A stretch of DNA of 64,000 nucleotides from positions 1-64,000 of the forward strand of contig NIVC01000472.1 in assembly GCA_002269645.1 (NCBI GenBank), written 5' to 3'. This stretch comes from Macrostomum lignano. Taxonomy: Eukaryota. The notes under the pieces were generated by a model that did not search any database, had not been told where the DNA came from, and saw only the letters and a program-made list of their open reading frames with translations. Both the position numbers and the translations under genes were made by a program. Below, in pieces: positions 55,561-64,000 of the stretch. The stretch's first letter is position 1; each line of letters starts with the position of its first letter.

Positions 55561-56326
55561 GCCCAGAGTTGGTGCCCGCTATGCGATGCGGAAAGGCTGC
55601 ACAAACGTGGCGGGAAGAAATGACAGCAGACAAAGTCACCAGTCCTCAACAACACAAAGTGATCGATTACCTGATGCATGCACCCTTGTGCCATTGGCGT
55701 ATCAGACGTCTTCTTTGACAATAAATTGACGTTTTCTTTGCGATGCCACTCAATTTATTATAGACGAAATCCAAATAATACACAGATACTACACAAATCT
55801 CTCAATGAAAATATAAAATTAAGCTATACTCGAATAGTTGGTAAACGGATTGTTCAAATTTGAAACTATGTTCCAATTACTCTTAACTAAAGTCCATTTA
55901 GTGGCGCTTGCAATGTCCTTTGGCAGGTATACTTCCAATCTGATTGATTGGTAAATTCAAAATAAGCAATAACTGACGACAACGATGGGGTTTGGGACAT
56001 GCACAATCCGATAACAAAAGGATCTTTGAGCTACTCGAAAATCAGATAAATGATTCTAATTAGGCACGTATGTGATTGATTTTTTAAATAAATTTTTAAA
56101 CACCATAATCCTCAACATTTGTAAAGTTTTTTTCACTTTCAATGAAATACTCGTAAGCTGCACAATATTCAATCAACTAGCAATAGCGCACGCGGTTACA
56201 ATAGTACGTGCTAGCAATTAAAAATAAGCAAGTTACCAATAAAAAGTTTGCAGCAAATAGCAATACAACTAGTGTCCCCCATTCCTTATCAATTATCCCA
56301 TATCCCTTATCCCCTATCCCCTATCA

Positions 56327-57923
56327 CAGGGGGCGTGGCAATGGATTTTATGGGGGCTGGACAAAGCCAAGAATTCTATATGTACATCTACACGACTAAA
56401 TTCCTACATGTACATTCTTTTCAGAATCGGGTGTTGTCAGCACTAATTTTAGCGCCGCAGGCACTCATTTTAGCGCCGCAGGCACTCATTTTAGCGCTAC
56501 AGGCACTCATTTTAGCGCCGCAGGCACTCATTTTAGCACCGCAGGCACTCATTTTAGCGCCGCAGGCACTCATTTTAGCGCTACAGGCACTAATTTTAGC
56601 GCCGCAGGCACTCATTTTAGCACCGCAGGCACTCATTTTAGCGCCGCAGGCACTCATTTTAGCGCCGCAGGCACTCATTTTAGCGCCGCAGGCACTCATT
56701 TTAGCGCTACAGGCACTCATTTTAGCGCCGCAGGCACTCATTTTAGCGCTACAGGCACTCATTTTAGCGCCGCAGGCACTCATTTTAGCGCCGCAGGCAC
56801 TCATTTTAGCGCCGCAGGCACTCATTTTAGCGCCGCAGGCACTCATTTTAGCGCCGCAGGCACCATTTTAGCGCCACAGACACCATTTTAGCGCCACAGA
56901 CACCATTTTAGCGCCACAGACACCATTTTAGCGCCACAGACACCATTTTAGCGCCACAGACACCATTTTAGCGCCACAGACACCATTTTAGCGCCACAGA
57001 CACCATTTTAGCGCCACAGACACCATTTTAGCGCCACAGACACCATTTTAGCGCCACAGACACCATTTTAGCGCCACAGACACCATTTTAGCGCCACAGA
57101 CACCATTTTAGCGCCACAGACACCATTTTAGCGCCACAGACACCATTTTAGCGCCACAGACACCATTTTAGCGCCACAGACACCATTTTAGCGCCACAGA
57201 CACCATTTTAGCGCCACAGACACCATTTTAGCGCCACAGACACCATTTTAGCGCCACAGACACCATTTTAGCGCCACAGACACCATTTTAGCGCCACAGA
57301 CACCATTTTAGCGCCACAGACACCATTTTAGCGCCACAGACACCATTTTAGCGCCACAGACACCATTTTAGCGCCACAGACACCATTTTAGCGCCACAGA
57401 CACCATTTTAGCGCCACAGACACCATTTTAGCGCCACAGACACCATTTTAGCGCCACAGGCACCATTTTAGCGCCACAGACACCATTTTAGCGCCACAGA
57501 CACCATTTTAGCGCCACAGACACCATTTTAGCGCCACAGACACCATTTTAGCGCCACAGACACCATTTTAGCGCCACAGACACCATTTTAGCGCCACAGA
57601 CACCATTTTAGCGCCACAGGCACCATTTTAGCGCCACAGACACCATTTTAGCGCCACAGACACCATTTTAGCGCCACAGACACCATTTTAGCGCCACAGA
57701 CACCATTTTAGCGCCACAGACACCATTTTAGCGCCACAGGCACCATTTCTGCGCCACAGGCACTCATTTTAGCGCTACAAGCACTCATTTTAGCGCCGCA
57801 GGCACCATTTTAGCTCCGCAGGCACTGATTTTAGCGCCACAAGCACTGATTTTAGCGCCAAAAGCAGATCTTTTACTGGGGGGACATGTCCCCCCCCCCT
57901 GTCCCCCGTTGGCGACGCCCCTG
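56327..57923. mobile_element. MITE (possibly hAT) carrying a 20-bp satellite
   Basis: Termini CAGGGGGCGTGGCAA ... TTGGCGACGCCCCTG are inverted repeats. The flanks CCCTATCA/CCCTATCC could be an 8-bp TSD, but they lie inside a TATCC repeat. The internal array spans 56445-57850. Confidence 0.7.
56445..57850. repeat. 20-bp minisatellite (CATTTTAGCGCCGCAGGCACT-like, then CACCATTTTAGCGCCACAGA)
   Basis: About 70 units in two sequence blocks. Confidence 0.96.
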
Positions 57924-58445
57924 CCCTATCCCTTATCCTCTATCCCCTATCCCTTATCGCCTATCCCCTATCCCTTATCCCCTATCCCCTATCCCTTATC
58001 CCCTATCCCCTATCCCTTATCCCCTATCCCCTATCCCTTATCCCCTATCCCTTATCCCCTATCCCTTATCCCTTATCCCCTATCCCCTATCCCTTATCCC
58101 TTATCCCCTATCCTTTATCCCTTATCCCTTATCCCTTATTCCTATCTCTTATCCCTTATTTTTATCCCTTATCCCATATTCCTATCTCTTATCCCTTATC
58201 TCCTATCCCTTATCCCTTATTCCTATCTTTTATCCCTTATCTCCTATCCCTTATCCCTTATTCCTATCCCCTATCCCTTATCCCCTATCCCCTATCACTT
58301 ATCCCCTATCCCCTATCACTTATCCTCTATCCCCTATCTCTTATCCCCTATCCCCTATCCCTTATCCCCTATCCCCTATCACTTATCCTCTATCCCCTAT
58401 CTCTTATCCCCTATCCCCTATCCCTTATCCCTTTTCCCTTATCCT
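57924..58445. repeat. TATCCYY satellite
   Basis: Same family as the 49-51 kb arrays. A short left part lies at 56280-56326. Confidence 0.95.
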
Positions 58446-60800
58446 CCACCCCTGATAAATGAATGGAATTTGGCCCAGACGGTGGCATTTAAAAAACAAA
58501 GAGCGCCGCCTCCTCGCTTTTTCTGTGGTATTTCTCGATTTAAATCGCCAATGCAAAAGTACTTTTTGGCAGCTGGTACTGGCTCGTTCTGCTCGGCTTT
58601 CTTTTCGGAGACGCACCATTTTGAATGATCCGTTCCAGACTTTATATCAGTGTTAAAGTATTTTCTGTTGTTAACTCGGCTTACACTTAAAGAGGCAGGC
58701 AAATCATCATTTCTGCTCCGTAAATATGTCTGAACTCGCAGGCGCCCGGCGTCAATCAAATTTGAAACAAACTCGTAAATATCGATGCCTTCATCGTCAA
58801 ACTTTGATTTCGCAATGTGGATGAATTCCACTCCGCCATAGGATGTCAGCCTGGTGCTTGATATTTCTCCGTCTGCGTTGGACTGAAGAAGAACGTTGCC
58901 GATATATTTATGCACCTGCATTCTCGCTAACTGGTCTAGAATCACAGGCCGCTGAGACGTCGGTATGGTGACGCAAAAAAATATTTGCGCATTTTGAAGG
59001 TTGAATCCATCGTTCGCTCCGGGGGGCCAGGTGTAACTAGCTTCCGAAAAATTTGGAAACTTTGGCATTGAGTGCATCAGCCAGAATCCAGTTGATTCAC
59101 CAAACATGACAACTCCCTTAGCGTGAGCACTACCACTTGGCGCACTTCCGATTGGAGGCTGGTCACTGTAAGAGTAAATACTCGAACTACGTCCCGGGCC
59201 ATTCCTGATTGGCAGAAGAAATTCTTGATCTAGTGTGGCCTTGAGAGGAATGTTATGGTTGATCCGACCGTTCTGACCTCTGATGTTCTGATTGTTTTCA
59301 TGCCATTCATTATCCCGAGAGGACAAATATTTGTAAGCATGATTACCACTGTTCTTCACCATGACGAACCAGTCAACTGAGTTCCCCTCGTCAATCTTGC
59401 ACGTGAAGCCATCTGCACCTGGCACATCCTGTCCTTGATTGGTCAGCTCGTTTCCAGCTGTTATGGTATCGTTCAGTAGGTTCCACAGCCCCACATTTTC
59501 CATGCACACCAGGCAGCCAGCTCGATCCTGATGTGCCTTCACCCGGTCCAAGTCGCCTGCGCACACAAATTTCCTGCTCTCCCCACCTTCCACTGGGATC
59601 TCTCCGATGCTCCACTTTGAGTTGTCCTGGCTGAACAGCATGCCAATAAATTCATTTCCAAGTTGAAACTTAACAGCAGGCACATTCGCTGCATCACCGT
59701 TTGATGGTAAAGGCCGAGAAGTGCCGAGACGGTGGGACTGGACTTGGACTTTTGTCAAGCTGCGACCATCTACCTGTATTCCACTGTAAATATCCCTTGC
59801 ACGGCGAGATGGCTTGATATTGACGTGCAATTTTTTACCGTCTTTCGTGCGCAGCTGTGTATACGAAATTTCGGCTGGAGGTTTGTCGTTTAGCAATTTT
59901 GTTACCATGCTTTCTACATTTTTAATTTCCGGCCTTTTCAGCGTCACGCAGAAGAATGACTGGCCATCGAGTTCCTCCCAATTGACATTCAAATTCATCT
60001 GCGGCACGCTGTGCATCATCCAGAATCCGGTGTCTTCACTGCTGGAGCCGTGAAGAATCACGCCCTTCATGTGAGCTCCTGAATTTCTGGCTGCTTGACG
60101 ATCAGGAGGATGATCGTTGTATACAAACAGTTCTGATGCGGTTCTTCTGTATTTGGCTTGTTCAAAAGTTTTTAACACAGGTCCAAGTTCTGGATCGGAA
60201 ATCCATCCGCCTCCCTCTCCGTTGCTCGCCACATAAATGAGCCGCTTCGAGCGGTCCTGCTTGATGGCGAAGAACCAGTCCAATTTTTTGTTCTCGTGAT
60301 CTCGACACGAAATTTTTGATGCGTCATCTGCTGCAGTGGATTCTGTCTTAGGTTCCTCACCATGCTTCACCGTTTCTGGTTTATTGTCACCAGTAGCAGC
60401 GACTGTGCTGTGCTTCTCAGCTGTTGCACCGGCTGCATCGCCTTTGCTCACCTCAGATTGCAAATATTTTGGGCCAGCTTCACCTGCTTCGCCATCCATG
60501 CACTTTCGTGGCTGCCACACTTTGGAGTTGCAGCTGCACTTGTCGAACTGCTCAGCCGCTGCGCCTCGCTCTAAAACTTGTTGCCATGGTTACTGGAGTG
60601 TTTGAACTTGTGGGCCAAATTACAAGTTGTTTGAGTCCTTCTAGAAAAAATGAGTCACTGACCTGATCCACTCCGATCCCAACAGTTCGGATACCTCGAA
60701 TCACAAGTTTGGAGTTCTGGGCGGTGGCGCAGCTGCGAGTAGCAGAGGCCGCACTCGAAGGCCGCGGCAAGCAGCAGCAACCGCAGAATTGCTGCATCGA
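58439..60800 (-). CDS. Deoxyribonuclease II (plancitoxin-like) with two complete DNase II units in tandem
   Basis: ORF 58439-60520. Unit 1 reads SCRD..NKKLDWF, YNDHPP, AHMKG, GFWMMHSVP, GQSFFCVT, QDNSKW, VCAGDLDR. Unit 2 reads TCK..GNSVDWF, YSDQPP, AHAKG, GFWLMHSMPKFP, AQIFFCVT, TDHSKW, CIGDLNR...RGGGALC. A probable upstream exon (about 60800-60663) encodes a hydrophobic AILRLLLLAAAFECGLC stretch and joins in phase 1 to 60570. The start codon is not resolved. Confidence 0.9.
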
Positions 60801-61934
60801 AAAAGAAGCGCTGAGCGTCTGAGTTTCCTTGCACAACTGGGTTATGCACTGATTGGCCTACTGTTAGTAGGATATAAATTGTCTTTGGTGTCAGTTTATT
60901 AGTCGTTTGCTCTGACAGCACTATCGCATCGATACTGCCGTGAACAGAAAAGCCGTGAACAGTGACGAACATTTTTTCACGGAAAATGCAGTGGAACTGA
61001 GTGCCTATAGTACCTAGTTCACTGGTGGAATGAAGGGTTTGCTCAATCCAGTGAGAATTATCTCGTAAAATAATATTTGCTCAATGTTTTGGGAATTTCA
61101 AAAATTTCCTCAGACTTTGCTTCGAATCGATTGTGTCTAACAGCTAGTAAATAGTTTAGAAAATAGAAAAATAGAAAATAGAAACTAGTATCTTTATAGT
61201 ACATACCTTTATCACTTTCGGTTAAGAACATGCCTTGTCTTTGCGATTTCCAATTGCTTACGAGCTTTCTCAACCGCAGCCATAATCCAAACAGACCAGC
61301 TCCAGACCAGCCGACCTCAATGCACAATGGCTGCTGAGGTTTAAAGGCAAAAGCCAGCAACCTACTGCGAGCGTGGGACACAGAAGACTCGCAGCTGAGC
61401 AAAAGCTTGGGGGTGGGTTGTTGGTTGCCAAGCAACGGCGCAGGGACAAACTGATTTAGCGCTAACCCTACCCCCCTCAAACCATTGAATTTTTTCTTTC
61501 ATTGAGCCTATGCGCTGTCGTTGACTATAAAATACAGCCGGTTTAAAAATTCTCACGAATTTTATGGCGTCCGTTAGAACAGTTCATGTCCGACACTTTT
61601 CGTGTCCCGCGGATGCCTAAGTCGGGCTCAAAGGGACGAAAATCGGACTCAAAATTTTCATAAAAATGTTACTCTAAGCATAAAGTTTAACTTAGTACGT
61701 AAGTTTTAGTTTTTTTTTGGTTAAAAATGACAATTACTGTGGGATCATGACGATTACAGAGACAGTTTAATAATTTGTAGTGTTGCATTTACATGAAAAC
61801 AGTTATACAATATCTCGCAGCAGTGCATTTGTATCAGTTGGCAGCACCATATCAGTCGAAAGAAAACACGCAAATGCATAAATATTGCTTTCAAGGCACT
61901 CGGCTGCATGTCTATACTGTATTATACGGCTCGT

Positions 61935-63075
61935 ACTGTCTATACTGTACTATACTGTACTATACTGTACTATACTGTCTATACTGTCTATACTGTCTAT
62001 ACTGTACTATACTGTACTATACTGTACTATACTGTACTATACTGTACTATACTGTACTATACTGTACTATACTGTACTATACTGTACTATACTGTACTAT
62101 ACTGTACTATACTGTCTATACTGTACTATACTGTACTATACTGTACTATACTGTACTATACTGTACTATACTGTACTATACTGTACTATACTGTACTATA
62201 CTGTACTATACTGTACTATACTGTACTATACTGTCTATACTGTACTATACTGTACTATACTGTACTATACTGTCTATACTGTCTATACTGTCTATACTGT
62301 ACTATACTGTACTATACTGTACTATACTGTACTATACTGTACTATACTGTACTATACTGTACTATACTGTACTATACTGTACTATACTGTACTATACTGT
62401 ACTATACTGTCTATACTGTACTATACTGTACTATACTGTACTATACTGTCTATACTGTCTATACTGTCTATACTGTCTATACTGTCTATACTGTACTATA
62501 TTATCTGTACTGTACTATACTGTCTGTACTGTACCATACTGTCTGTACTGTACTATAATGTCTGTACTGTACTATACTGTACTATACTGTCTATACTGTA
62601 CTATACTGTCTGTACTGTACCATACTGTCTGTACTGTACTATACTGTCTGTACTGTACTATACTGTCTGTACTGTACCATACTGTCTGTACTGTACTATA
62701 CTGTCTGTACTGTACCATACTGTCTGTACTGTACCATACTGTCTGTACTGTACCATACTGTCTGTACTGTACTTTATTGTCTGTACTGTACTATACTCTC
62801 TGTACTGTACTTTATTGTCTGTACTGTACTATACTATCTGTACTGTACTATACTGTCTGTACTGTACCATACTGTCTGTACTGTACTATACTGTCTGTAC
62901 TGTACTATACTGTCTATACTGTACTATACTGTACCATACTGTCTGTACTGTACTATACTATCTATACTCTCTGTACTGTACTTTATTGTCTGTACTGTAC
63001 TATACTATCTGTACTGTACTATACTGTCTGTACTGTACTATACTGTACTATACTGTACTATACTGTACTATACTT
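61935..63075. repeat. (TACTG/TATAC)-based 10-bp satellite (TATACTGTAC)n
   Basis: About 1.1 kb with CTGTC variants that increase towards the right. Confidence 0.96.
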
Positions 63076-63107
63076 TCTGTACCGTAATACGGTACGGCGA
63101 ATTCTGA

Positions 63108-63690
63108 GACAACAACAACAACAACAACAACAACAACAGAGTACGCTGCCAGTTCGCAAAAGCAGCGTCCAGATGGCGCGCTTCGAAGCTTGGGCGCGAA
63201 CAAAGGCAGAGTCCGGGGCGCCGGCGTCAGCCAGCAGACAGTCGACGTAGCGCCGAGTCCTCGCCTCATCGCGAGGACTCGGCATCGCGCGGATGACGTG
63301 GCCTGCCAGCTGGAGTCGCCGACGGCGCAGCAGATCGCTAGGACGGGCCAGGCCGGCGCGATGATAGAGCGCCGTGTTGGTGACTCGCTCGTTGCCGATC
63401 TTGAAGGCGGCGCGCAGCAGGCCAGCGTGCGCCGCGTCGACTTGAGCCTCGAGCGAGTCTGTCAGCGTCCAGGTCTCGGCGTTGTATAACAGGACGGTCT
63501 CGATCACCGCCTGGAACAGCGCCGCTCTCTGGCGGTCCGGTAGGGCCTCGGACTGCAGGACTGACCTTATAGAACGAAAGGCAGCCCAGGCAAGTCCTCG
63601 GCGACGCCGCAGATCCTCGCGGACGTCGGGAACCAGACCGCCGAGGTAGACGAACTGCTGACATCTTGGAAGCTCTGAGACAACACTCAT
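63108..63690 (-). mobile_element. 5'-truncated RTE-like LINE 3' fragment with (TTG)n tail
   Basis: FVYLGG...DLRRRRGLAWAAF...LF.AVIETVLLYNAETWTLT...RRRRLQLAGHV.R, followed on the minus strand by a TTG repeat at 63108-63137. Confidence 0.88.
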
Positions 63691-64000
63691 TATAGGGCCT
63701 TTAGAGACGCCAGTGTTTCGAAAATATTTCTGTCATTTGAGCAGCAGATAGCCGGAAAAGCAAACCTGTCAGCGCCACTGCAAGTAAGGTTTTAGTAAAG
63801 CTTAAAGCAAGACTTCCGCTCTGCAAAACTGCAATGACTGGGACAACAAGATGAATCGCAATAATTTGCGTTAGTTACAGCAATTCGATCGAAAATCATA
63901 GCTTTGAGATCTCCGAAAGGGTTAGTTAATCTGCGGATAAGCTAATCTCTACCTTCGTAATTCTCCCTGCCTGTCTCTCGCTCTCCCTCTCTTAGCTATA

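Overview
Eukaryotic (animal) genomic DNA. It has GC-rich exons, GT-AG introns, many minisatellite/microsatellite arrays and decayed transposons. The overall style and a YHFFRL-type neuropeptide suggest a free-living flatworm such as Macrostomum (inference only). Host genes I can support are a spliced BEN-like gene (4.1-5.5 kb), a neuropeptide precursor (10.5-11.1 kb, -), ACBD3/GCP60 (13.6-24.8 kb, +) with a tandemly duplicated internal exon, an ankyrin-repeat + Mab21/cGAS-like nucleotidyltransferase (26.9-29.8 kb, +), two six-exon FMOs resembling bacterial trimethylamine monooxygenase (30.1-40.4 kb, -), two secreted lysenin-like proteins (41.9-45.7 kb, +) and a double-unit DNase II (58.4-60.8 kb, -). 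Mobile DNA includes I-group, Penelope-like and RTE retroelement fragments, a hAT fragment, a mini-mariner, satellite-carrying MITEs and tRNA-derived SINE heads. The best leads are the lysenin-like pair, the ANK-cGLR, the double DNase II and the duplicated ACBD3 exon. Family assignments come from motif recognition and remembered reference sequences; no searches were run. Most long ORFs in the track are artefacts of tandem repeats.
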